A program made the position numbers and the translations under genes. The notes beneath the pieces were generated by a model. That model searched no databases and was not told the origin of the DNA. It saw only the letters and a program-made list of their open reading frames with translations. A stretch of DNA of 64,000 nucleotides from Macrostomum hystrix. Its lineage: Eukaryota; Animalia; Platyhelminthes. The DNA is taken from assembly GCA_950097015.1 (NCBI GenBank), contig CATNEN010000001.1:15686001-15750000 (forward strand). The letters are read 5' to 3'. Within the stretch, counting starts at the first letter, position 1. Every line of letters starts with the position of its first letter. This document shows, piece by piece, positions 12,663 to 24,479 of this stretch.

Positions 12663-13882
12663 ATCTGGCTAACCAATCAGAGAGAGTTTTGTTCTAACAT
12701 TTCTAATCCACCCACTGGGCTACTTGTTGTGGATTGGCTGGTGATTGCCTTAGCTTTTACGTTCTTTCTTTATGTACAGTGTGGGGTGTCAGAGTCGAGT
12801 GTGGTGCGACTTGATATGCAATCTGTTTTCGACACACTTCAATAATAGGACACAAAAAGATCTTAAATGTACAGTGTAATTGGGAAGCCTGTGCGGCGTG
12901 TGGCTAACGTGGCTAAAAATAGAGGGTTTCAAGTCAGCCAATAGCAGTAAACTGTATTCAACTAAAGTGATTTCATTAAACTGCCAGTGCAAGCCCCAAC
13001 CTAGTGCGACTTTTCAGTAATCACAAACAGCTAAAGCCTCATGACGCTCACCAATGAAGCCTTACACGATTTTAACTGGGGTTGGGGGTGGCCCTAAGCT
13101 GGTATTCATTTTTGCCGAAGCTGAAACGGGCTTTGATGTGGAGTGTGCTGCGGGAATCGAGTGGGAATGTGAGCCAGCATAACTTTTTCAAATTTTTAAG
13201 TATCTAATAATTGCGACCCACATAGCAGCTGGCCGCAAACAAGATCATTAATCTTAGGGCCGGGTTTGGGGCGGCGGTGAATTAAGTAGCCGTCGAATCC
13301 CTTTTCCCTGGATCTGTCTAGACCCCTGTAGGAATGACTGATCGCGGCCATAACTTTTATTGTATGAGTAGTTTAGGTCATAATTCCCCTCCAAACCGCG
13401 ATCAGATATCGGGAATCACTCGGGCGTGATCATTAATTCTTCATGTCCCCATTTCTTTACAGTATTCGAGCCCAGCTCGACTTTATGATTTTCTCCTCTT
13501 TAGATACATGTAAATGTCACTGTAGGCAGGTCGGCGCCTGCGCTTCCCATTGTCCCGGCGGTGTAACAATCATTGGCCGTCTGCCGGCGGCTGCTCTCGA
13601 AGAGCATCTGTCGTTTCTCGCCGTCGGTTCATTGGGTAATCGGGGCGGCCCATCGCCGCTTCGATTCCCCGTTGACAGGCTGGCGCGAATGTGGGTTATT
13701 TTGATGGATGTCGGGGTTGGCGTGCTGCAGGACTATTTAAGCAAGCGCGCTGCGCTGCTCCCTCAAAAAAACCCTTCCCGGACCTTCCGGACCTTCCTTC
13801 CCGACCTATCTTCCGAGCGGACCTTCCCGGACCGTCTCCGACCTTTCCCTTCCCCCCTTTTAGACCCTAGAGCTATCAGCTC

Positions 13883-16210
13883 TGAAATAGTTGCGGGTTT
13901 GCAATCCGATGATCTGTCCTCGTGAAGGAAAGGAGTGTGGGGATGGCGATAGAGTCAGAAGTCGTACCGCAAAGTCTCGCGAGTTGCCGCGGAAAGAGGG
14001 ATGAAGGGAGAGATGAAGGGAGAGACAGTGGATGCAGGGAGTGGTCCTCTCGGCCTCAGGCTGGCCAGTCCCACTCAACCCATAGGCCACAGGCATGACT
14101 GCCGTGCCTACCCCAAGCAGTGCTCGAAACCGGCTAAAAGTCTAAATAGATGTCGGGCTACCCGCAAGCGGATAGGACAGGGCTAGGTAGCCTACTGTCA
14201 TCAGTAGCATGTTCGTAACTGACCCCTAACCTTGGTAGCAGTGGTCGACTCGGCCTAGGCTCTTGTCTTAGAAATGCGGAAAGGCTATCGGCAAAGCGGA
14301 AAAATGATCTAGGGTAGCGCCACCACCCAATGCGCCTACGTTGCCACCGCAGACATTTGGGAACTTGGGTCCCCGGAGCTCGCAGCTCCTAGTTTGTCAC
14401 ACAGATCTTAGACAAGCCGAAAAAAATAGAGCCTTCTGTAACTTCCGTTTTAGACTAGGGTGAAGACCCCAGAATGGATCGAGACACGCCTCACCAGGGG
14501 ATTCCTGAATTTGCGCTACAGTGGTCTAGAAAGGTGGTACTCAGAACCCGAAAGAGAAATCCATAGCCAGAATCCTACTCATGGGACATCAGACACATTC
14601 TGTACATTAGGCTGCAGCCTACACATTAGATAACTAGCAATCCGAGTCTGTGCGAGTTGAGGAAATCAGAGGCAGGAGAGATTAAGCTGAACACTGGCTG
14701 AGTGATTATGCAAGCGTAAGATTACATGATCATCACCCTCGCTTCCGTGGCGGCGGATGCGAGAGGCGGGGAACAGAAGGAAGACTCAATCGGCAGGGGA
14801 GTTTGACACGCACTCCTCGATCCGCCAGGAAGAGAGGAATAACCCGCCAAGGAATTCCCACCCCTGGGCAGAAAGAAAACACGTGCTACACTCCGCATTT
14901 TACTTGCAAATCCCTAGCTCCATATTGCTCTCATACGCGCTTACAATTGCCTTCCTGCCGCAGCTTTCAGCTCGGCTGTGCCAGAGCCCATTTCCCTAAT
15001 AGATTAGCCACTCATGGTAGAGGGCTGTCTAATGAGAAAATAAAGAGGAAATAACAGCATGGCGGAAAAGATTTAAATTGTTATTAAATTTGGCCTAATG
15101 TTTTAATAATTGGCGAATGAATAGTCCGTATATTAAGCCTCAAATCCTAAGCTCGTGCCCACTAATAGCCGCCTAATTAACAGAAAGCCCCTTAGGAGCA
15201 ATAATTGCAAAAACCGCTGCGCGGGTTACTTAGCTGAAGTCGCTTCGGCTGCGTGCTGCAATCCCGTTGTTCTCGGGGAAGAGGATGGGGTAAGACAGCA
15301 AAGGCCGGGAAGGGAAAGATGCTGCGAGTCGGCAGGGGCCCACACGCTTGGAGCTCAAGGCTTAAATTAACGGCTCACCTAAAGAGGTGGCTCGCGCTCA
15401 GGGGGAATGGGGACAGGCAATGGGCCTGCGCTAACTGTGGAGCTATGAGCTCTAGGGTCTATGCCCTAAGTGGGTCCGGAAAGGTGCCCTGGGTCCAGTG
15501 GGAGTCCGGCCCGGCAAAAGTAAGTCCGGCAGGGAAGAAGGGGAAGAGCCGGTGGGAGAAAAAAGGTCCTAGAGGGAGCAGCGCAGCGCGCTTGCTTAAA
15601 TAGGCCTTGCAGCACGCCAACCCCGACATCCATCAAAGCAACCCACATTCGCGCCCGCCTGTCAACGGGGAATCGAAGCGACGACAGGCCGCCCCAATTG
15701 CCCAATGAACCGGCGGCGGGAAACGACAGGTGCTCATCGAGAGCAGCCATCGGCAGACGGCCAACAATTGTTACTCCGCCGGGACAATGGAAGCGCAGGC
15801 GCCGACCTGCCTACAGTGACATTTACGAGTATCTACAAGGTGGAGATCATAAAGTCGAGCTGGGCTCGAATACTGTAAAGAAGAGGGGACATGAAGAATT
15901 TAATGATCACTCATAACGCGCGAGTGAGCCCCTATATCTGATCGCGGTTTGGAGGGGAATTATGACCTAAACTAGTTCATACAGTAACATTATGGCCGCG
16001 ATCAGTCATTCCTACGGGGAGTCTAGACAACTCCGGAGAGAGAGGATTCGACAGCTACTTGATTCACCGCCGCCTCAAACCCGGCCCTAAGGTTAATGAT
16101 CTTGTTTTGTGGCCAGCTGCTATGTGGGTCGCAATTATTAGTTACTTAAAAATTTGAAAAATTATGCTGGCTCACATTCCCGCTCGATTCCCGCAGCACA
16201 CTCCACATCA
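13883..16210 (-). mobile_element. ~2.3-kb solo-LTR-like element, copy 2 (2328 bp), antisense inside copy 1
   Basis: TGAAAT...CACATCA on + strand, TSD GCTC. Confidence 0.92.
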
Positions 16211-17214
16211 GCTCAGCTAATTGTCCACAGGCACATTGCCTGATCCGATTCCTTGACAGTTCAAGCCACCTCTTTAGGTGAGCCCTCAAATTGAGCCTTA
16301 GAGCTCCACTAGTGTGTTGGCCCCTGCCAGCTCATTTTAGCTTATCCTCTCTCTGCCTCTGCTATTCTGCCCTGCCCTCCCTCGAGAACGACAGGCCTGC
16401 GGCACGCAACCGGCACTCTGATAAGTAACCCGCGCAGCGGTTTTCTAATTGTTATTCCTAAGGGACTGTTCTTTAGCTAGGCGGCACTTTAGTGGGAAAG
16501 GGCACTTTTTGGCTTACTAAATTAGTACAACTCTAGCCAATCATTTCACAGTAGGCAAACTTTAATTACAATTTAAACCTTTTCATTCTGCGTCCGCCTC
16601 CATGTTCATTTTATCTAGTAGACAGCCCTCATCTATGAGTGGCTAATCTCCTAGGGGGTGGGCTCTGTTGATGCCGAGCTGAAGGCTGCGGCAGGAAGGC
16701 AGCTGTGCGCGCGCATGAGAGTAATAAGAAGCTAGGGATTTGCAGGCAGATGCGGAGGTAGCATGTGCATTTCTTCCCAGGGGGGTTAGGGGAACCCTTG
16801 GCCTGCTTCCCTTCTCCCTCTTGGGCGGGCTCAAGGTGTACGTGTCGAACTCCCTTTCCAATGGAGTTTTCCCCTATCCCCCTTTCGCAACTGCGGCCAC
16901 GGGAGCGAGAGTGATGATCTAATAATCTTACGCTTGCGTAATCACTCAGCCAGTGTTCTGTTTAATCTCTCCAGCCTCTGACTTCCTCAACTCACACAGA
17001 TTCGGTTTGTTAGTTACTTAATGTGTAGGCTGCAGTCTAATGTAAAGAATGTGTCTGATGTTTCATGAGTAGGATTCTGGCTATGGATTCTCATTCGAGT
17101 TCTGAGTACCACCTTTCTAGACCCCTGTAGCGCGAATTCAGGAATCCCCTTTTGAGGCGTGTCTCGATCCATTCTGGGGCTCTCACCCCAGTCTAAAACG
17201 GAAGTTGCAGAATG

Positions 17215-19530
17215 TGAAATGGTTAGGGTCTTTTGCAAGCCAATGACCGCCCTCGTGACTGATAGGAGAGTGGAAAACGGCGATAGAGTCGGAGGTCGAT
17301 CGCGTAGCTGCTCGCGAGTTGTCGCAAGAAGAGGGATGAGATGAAGGGAGGGATGAGGGGAGAGACGAGGAGGTACAATGGATGCAGGGAGTGGTCCTAT
17401 TGGTCTCAGGCTGGCCAGTCCCACTCGTCCCATAGGCCACAGGCGTGACTGCCGTGCCTACCCCTAGCAATGCTCGAAACCGGCTAAAAGTCTAAAGTGA
17501 GGTGTCGGACTATCCGTAAACAGATAGGACAGGGCTAGAGAGCCTACTGTCGTCAGTAGCATGAAAATAACCGACTCCTAAACTTGGTAGCGGTGGTCGA
17601 AACGGCACAGGCTCTTGTCACAGAAATGCGGAAAGGCTATAGGCAAAGCGGAAAATGATCTCAGGTAGCGCCACCACCCAATGCGCCTACGTTGCCACCG
17701 CAGACATTTGGGAACTTGGGTCCCCGGAGTACACAGCTCCCAGTTCATCACACAGATCTAGACAAGCCGAAAACTAGGGCATTCTGCAACTTCCGTTTTA
17801 GACTGGGGTGAGAACCCCAGAATGGATCGAGACACGCCTCAACAGGGGATTCCTGAATTCGCGCTACAGGGGTCTAGAAAGGTGGTACTAAGATCTCGAA
17901 TGAAAATCCATAGCCAGAATCCTACTCATGAAACATCAGACACATTCCGTACATTAGATTGCAGCCTACACATTAGGTAGCTAACAAATCCGAATCTGTG
18001 TGAGATGAGGAAAACAGAGGCTGGAGAGATTACGCAGAACACTGGCTGAGTGATTACGCAAGCGAAAGACTACTTAAACCTCGCTCCCGCCCCTGTGGCG
18101 GTAGTTGCGAGAGGAGGGGGAAAAGAAGGGGAACTCCATTTGCAAGAGAGTTTGACACGTACCCCTTTGATCTGCCGGGGAGAGAGGGAAGCCCGCCAAG
18201 GAATCCCCCGCACCCCGGCAGAGGTGCATATGCTACGCTCCGCATCTGCCCGCGAATCCCTAGCTCCATATTACTCTTGTGCGCGCTCACAGTTGTCTTC
18301 CTGCCGCAGCCTTCAGCTCGGCATCACCAGAGCCCACCCCCTAGGAGATTAGCCACTCATCTCTGAGGGCTGTCTAAGAGATAAAATAACCATGAAGAAT
18401 AAAGCAGAGAGGATTTAAATTGTTATTAAAGATTTGCCTATGGTTAATAGATTTGGCGATAGTTGTACTAATTCATTAGGCCAAAAAGTCCAAGTGCCCT
18501 TTCCCCACTAAAGTGCCGCCTAATTAAAGAAAAGTCCCTTAGGATTAACAATTACAAAGCCGCTGCGCGGGTTACTTAGCTGGGTGCCGATTGTGTGCCA
18601 CAGGCCTGTCGTTCTCGAAGGAGGGCAGGGCAAAATAGCAAAGTCAGAGAAGGGAAAAAGCTAAAATGAGCTGGCAGGGGCCAACGCACTAGGGGAGCTC
18701 TATGGCTCAATTTGAAGGCTCACCTAAAGAGGTGGCTCGAACTTAAGGGATTGGGAGCAGGCAATGTGCCCGCGGAACTGGTCTGAGCTTATAGCTCTAG
18801 GGTCTAAGCCCTAAGTGGAAGTAGGAGGTCGATCCGGTCCGAACAGAGTCGGAAAGGAGGTCCGGTCCGTCGGGGAGGGTAAAGGTGAAGGCAAAGGGTC
18901 CAAGAGGGAGCAGCGCCGCGCGCTTGCTTAAATAGACCTGCAGCACGCCAACCCCGACATCCATCAAAATAACCCACATTCGCGCCAGCCTGTCAACGGG
19001 GAATCGAAGCGCCCCGATTACCCAATGAACCGACGGCGGGAAACGACAGATGCTCCTCGAAAGCAGCTGCCGGCAGACAGCCAAATGATTGTTACTCCGC
19101 CGGGACAATGGGAAGCGCAGGCGCCGACCTGCCTACAGTGACATTTACATGTATCTAAAGAGAGGGAGGTCGTAAAGTCGAGCTGGGCTCGAATACTGTA
19201 AAGAAATGGGGACATGAAGAATTAATGATCACTCATAATGCCCGAGTGATTCCCGATATCTGATCGCGGTTTGGAGGGGAATTATGACCTAAACTACTCA
19301 TACAATAAAAGCTATGGCCGCGATCAGTCATTCCTACAGGGGTCTAGACAGATCCAGGGAGAAGGGATTCGACGGCTACTTAATTCACCGCCGCCCAAAA
19401 CCCGGCCCTAAGATTAATGATCTTGTTTGCGGCCAGCTGCTATGTGGGTCGCAATTATTAGATACTTAAAAATTTGAAAAATTATGCTGGCTCACACTCC
19501 CACTCGATTCCCGCAGCACACTCCACATCA
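17215..19530 (-). mobile_element. ~2.3-kb solo-LTR-like element, copy 3 (2316 bp), antisense inside copy 1
   Basis: TGAAAT...CACATCA on + strand, TSD AATG. Confidence 0.92.
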
Positions 19531-19625
19531 AATGCCCTATTTTTCGGCCTGTCTAGATCTGCGTGATAAACTAGGAGCTGTGTACTCCGGGGACCCAAGT
19601 TCCCAAATGCCTGCGGTGGCAACGT

Positions 19626-19743
19626 GGGCTGCAAAAGGAGGCGACGAAACGCGCGCGGCCGCAATGCTACACGTCGGCTGGCACAGCTCGAACACGTGCT
19701 GGTGCGGGCCCGGGAACGCCGCCGCATCATTAATTGCTGCACC
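19626..19743 (+). other. 118-bp templated insertion identical to LINE segment 25301-25418
   Basis: Absent from the other three copies, which read GGCAACGT|AGGCGC; no TSD. Confidence 0.92.
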
Positions 19744-20610
19744 AGGCGCATTGGGTGGTGGCGCTACCCTCGATCAACTATCCGCTTTGCCGATAGCCTT
19801 TCCGCAGTTCTGTGACAGGAGCCTAGGCCGATTCGACCACCGCTACCAAGGTTAGGAGTCAGTTGCGCACGCACTACTGACGACAGTAGACTAGTTAGCC
19901 CTGTCCTGTCCGATTCCGGGCAGTCCGACACCTCTCCTTAGACTTTTAGCCGGTTTCGAGCACTGCTTGGGGTAGGCACGGCAGTCATGCCTGTGGCCTA
20001 TGGGACGAGTGGGACTGGCCAGCCTGAGGTCGATAGGACCACTCCCTGCATCCGCTGAACCCCCTTCTCTCTCCCTTAATCTCCTCTCTCTCTCCGCGGC
20101 ATCTCGCGTGTAGCTAGACGGATAGTTAAGTCGACTCTGTCGCCCGCCTTAGGAGTCTTCTCTCATGAGGGCAGGTCAGCGCTTGCAAAACACCTAATCA
20201 ATTTCAGCTTTAATAAAAATGAAATGAGTTTCGTTTCGTTAGCAAGGTTTTCAAACCAATCTCGCTAATCCTTGCTTGGCATGAGTGAGCGTATATAAAC
20301 CAGAGTGAGCGTAAGTCAGGTCGCAAACATGATACGCTCGTATATATTATTTATATTTGATATATTTTTGACGTTCAGACATAAAGTTCACCCAAAACTT
20401 TTACGGCGGCGGCGGCGGCAGGCGGCGGGGAGGCCGTGGTGGTGGCCAGCGCAAACCTAGTAAGTCTCATTTTTAAGTCTCATTCTTGTAATTACGTCTT
20501 TTGAAACCACCTGTTGAGTAAAATTGCACTTTCTAAACTTAACAGTGGCCTGTTATCTCTGCGCGGGAGGCAACACTGTGGCCCGTTGTCCGACCCTCGC
20601 CGAGATGCGG

Positions 20611-20680
20611 CTGCAGCAGCAGCAGCTGCAGCAGCAGCAACAACAGCAACAGCAGCAACAGAAGCAGCAGCAGCAACAGA

Positions 20681-20710
<30 letters not shown>
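20611..20710. repeat. (CAG/CAA)n microsatellite
   Basis: About 33 imperfect trinucleotide units. Confidence 0.9.
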
Positions 20711-20711
<1 letters not shown>

Positions 20712-21029
20712 CAAAAAATAACATTGAAATAAATAAATGAAGCATTCTGCTGCTGATTTACTTGCAATAAATAAAGAATTCTGTTTACTGGATAAATAAG
20801 TGTTTCGTGTTGCTTTTTCTTATTCCTAACTGAAAATGAGAAACTTAACTGACAGCTCATTACAATGATCAATTTGGAACCTAAAATGAAGTTTTGAAGC
20901 TTTCAAAGTTTTGAAAGTTTTCAACTGTACAAACATCGACATGACGGTATGCAAAATAACATATTATAAATAAAGGGAATTCAATGACACCTGATAAGTT
21001 TATTAATTGCTTTGTAAATACTTACTTAC

Positions 21030-24000
21030 TGACAAGTTGCACACAAGTCCTGCTTTAGAGCTGCATATGAGATGCAAGAACTTTTTATTCCATCATACGA
21101 ACAAAGTATGCACTTAACAAAGTCCGCCCGCGAGGGCTTGACAAGATGGGAGGGAGGGGGCTGGGGTCTGTGCCATAGACATACATGTAAACGGGGGTTG
21201 GGGCTCTGGGCTCGCTCACGGCACGTCATGTGCCCTCCGTCAAAGAGTTAACATTTAGCCGTATTCCAACAAGAAGAACATTGAACAAGACTGAATTATT
21301 GGGGAGCATAGTGGTTGAAATCAGTCCTCAAAACCTTTAGGTCGTAAACTTTAGTCCGTCGTTTTTAGAGTTAATTCATGTTAACAGTTTCCACTCAGTA
21401 TTACTGCTGCAGCTCTTGGTCATGGGGTGTAGCGGTGAGGGGGCCGTCGCGCACGGCTGCTTCTGCGGCAACCAGCGTTGGGCACCTCTGCGACCGGGTT
21501 GGCAGGTTGGGTTGTAGGGAGGTCAGGTTGGCCGTTGGCTGCGACCTCTACAACTTCGTCTTCTTCGTCGTCAGCAGCAGGCAGAGGGGCGCTTATAGAA
21601 CGCTTATATCCACCCTGAGAAGGAGTCAACAATAATCAAGACGTTGCCAGCATCTTTTACGAATGCCCAGTCAATGTGAAGCTTCTGGAATGGATAATCT
21701 GTGGCTGGCCAGGTGTCTCTGGCCTTGGCGAGCTTTGGACGCAGCTTGTTGCAAGATGGGCACTGGCGGACGAATTGTTCAATGTCGGAGCGCATTCCAG
21801 GCCACCAGCAAGACAAGTCCATGATATTGAAGGTGGCGAGGTAGCCTGAATGCGTGTCGTGAGCCACGTTAAAGGCCTCTCTTCTGAGTCGAGGCGGGAT
21901 GAAGACTTGGCGCCCTCTGAACAGCAGGCCATCCTCAAGTGTGAGCATCTCTGAGACATTCTGAAACAGTTTCTCAGCTTGTGAGCATCGACTCCAGTCA
22001 CCAGAGCGAACGCGTTGAATGATCTTTTGGATGAAGATGTCCGCATCCATCTCAGATACGAGTCGATGACGAGCAATGACAGGGGGCTCGAATGCCACGC
22101 AGTTGATCGCACTGGACACCTCCTTTGAATCGGTAGTTGAATCTGTGAAGCGCAAGCGAGAAAGCGCGACGGCGTGCGGGATGCCCTTGCCTGGGATGTA
22201 GCGAATAGCGTAATCAAAGTGCATCATTGCCAGGGCCCATCGTGAGATGCGTGTGGATGTGTTGAGCGGGATGCCACCAGATGGACCCAGCAGGCGAATG
22301 AGGGGTTGGTGATCCGTCTGAATTTTGAAGTGTCGGCCAAGAAGGTAGTGCTTGAGGCGACTGACTGCCCAAAAGACTGCGAGTGCCTCCCTCTCGATGT
22401 TGGAGTAGTTTTGTTCAGCCTTTGAGAGGCTTCTGGAGATGTAAATGACCGGGTGTCCTTCTTGAGTCACTACGCCGGCGAGGGCACCCTTGGAAGCGTC
22501 AGTCGTGAGGGTGAGTTCCTTCTCTAGAGAGTAGGGCTGAACAACTGGCTGCGATGCGATTTCCTTTTTTAGGACACGAAACGCATTCTCGCAGCTCTCA
22601 GTCCAGGCAAATGGCACGTCAGAGCGCCGCAAGTCGTTGAGGAGCTTCGCCTTGCCGGAGAAGTTTGGTATCAGCCTACCAAAGAAGTGCTCGAGTTCCT
22701 TCTTGTCACTGGGCGTGGCAATGCTGCGGATCTTCTCCACGAGCCTGTCGTCTGGCTGGATGCCAGCAGCCGAGATCTTAAAGCCTAGGAATGAGATCTC
22801 GTCTGTCTCTTCAACGCACTTGCTCTCGTTGATTGTGACGTACTTTTCCACAAGCCTCGTCTTCACGGCGCGGAGTCGCTTTTGCAGCGACTCTGCATTC
22901 TCGGCGAAGACCAGAACGTCGTCCTGGTAGATGAGAACACCCCTTATGTCTGACAGAATGTTCTCCATTGTCCGCTGGAAAATGAAGGATGCATTCTTCA
23001 TTCCCATCTGAAGTCGCTTGACACGGAACAGTCCCTTGGACGTGTTGATGATCGACAAATCTTGTGCAGCTTCATCCAGCTCGATCTGCCAGTAGGCAGA
23101 ACGCAAGTCAACCTTTGCGAACTTCTTGGCGTTCTTCAGTTTTGCCAGCAAGCACTCCACGCTGGGAATCGGATAGTCTTCCGACCTGATTTTGGCATTC
23201 ACATGAACGCTATAATCAGCGCACATCCTTAGAGTGCCATCCTTCTTCCTGACCCAAACCACAGGCGAAGCGTTGCTTACCGGTCCATCGACGGGCTCGA
23301 TCACGCCCAGTTTCTGCAGTCTGTCCAATTCGGCGTTGACAGCGGGCTCGAGAGCGATCGGGACTTGGCGGGCGCGACAGAACTTTGGAGTGGCACCATC
23401 GATGCTGGTTCTGTCGTCTTGGATCACTATGGTGAATCTCCGAGTGCGACACGCCCGCGCCACTTGTGGTGGCCGTAGCGGGAATGCCAGATGGACTGCC
23501 GACTGCAGCTTGATTGGCAAGGAAGCTCTTTACTTGCCCGATTTGACCTGTCATGTCGACGATGTCCTCGATGGAGAGCTCTTTCGCCTGCATGGCTTCA
23601 AGGACTCTGCTGAGTTCGTGGACAATGCAGGCCGGCCACAAGCGCGATCTTGATCATTTCATCCTCTGGGCTCTGTGCATGCTTCAGAGAATCGAAGTTG
23701 TAGTGACGAGCGGCCTTCCTTAGACGTATTAAGAAGTCGGGCAGGGCCTCATTCTCATGCTGCCGTAGAGTGTAGAATTTGGTGCGCTCCGCCAGTACGA
23801 TGCGTGTCTTGGGCTGAAGATATGCTTTGACAGCCTCCTCGATGGCTTGGAAAGTTTGACCATCGATCTCATTTGGCGCGAGCAGCGATGTGAGCTTCTC
23901 GAGGGTTGGCAGACCACACATTGCAATGAAATTGTCGGCGATCTCTCTTTTTCCCTCTTCGTCGGTCCATTTTTTGGCACGAGACAATGCGCGAAAGGCA

Positions 24001-24261
24001 GTAAGCCAAGTGAGTGCGCGTTCAGGTTCGTTCAAATCTAGAGAACCGAGATGCGACGCCATTGACAAGTTGCAGACAAGTCCTGCTTTAGAGCTGCATA
24101 TGAGATGCAAGAACTTTTTATTCCATCATACGAACAAAGTATGCACTTAACAAAGTCCGCCCGCGAGGGCTTGACAAGATGGGAGGGAGGGGGCTGGGGT
24201 CTGTGCCATAGACATACATGTAAACGAAGGTTGGGGCTCTAGGCTCGCTCACGGCACGTCA
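21030..24261 (-). mobile_element. Ty3/Gypsy LTR retrotransposon with internal deletions
   Basis: 199-bp LTRs at 21030-21228 and 24063-24261 (about 4 differences), TSD CTTAC, PBS TGGCGTCGCA overlapping the gag ATG. Truncated gag 23598-24062. RT (YQDD), RNase H (TDAS) and partial integrase in 21604-23520; no protease seen. Confidence 0.92.
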
Positions 24262-24479
24262 CTTACAAAGACAGTAAATATGATGAATTCGCAGATTGCT
24301 CCGCCAACAAGACAGTATCATTGCACAGTTCATGGCATTTGACTGCAAGAATATATATATATATATATAGAATAGCAGAGAGAATATATAGAATATAGAA
24401 TATATATATACTTATATTTTACTTATGCATTTACTTATTATACTTATTATATTTGCACCTCGGTGCAAGTATATGCCGC

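Larger units (their letters stand above)
13134..20206 (+). mobile_element. ~2.3-kb solo-LTR-like element, copy 1 (host), interrupted by copies 2 and 3 and a 118-bp LINE patch
   Basis: Starts TGATGTGGAG, ends ATTTCA, TSD GCTT. About 2303 bp after removing the inserts and colinear with 56371-58699. TATTTAA at 13734. Confidence 0.9.

Noticed and set aside
13883-19530. Assembly artefact or foldback duplication as the explanation for the inverted repeats
   Set aside because: The copies are substantially diverged and each has its own TSD and intact termini
20492-20872. PolyQ, polyA and polyL ORFs
   Set aside because: Translations of a CAG microsatellite
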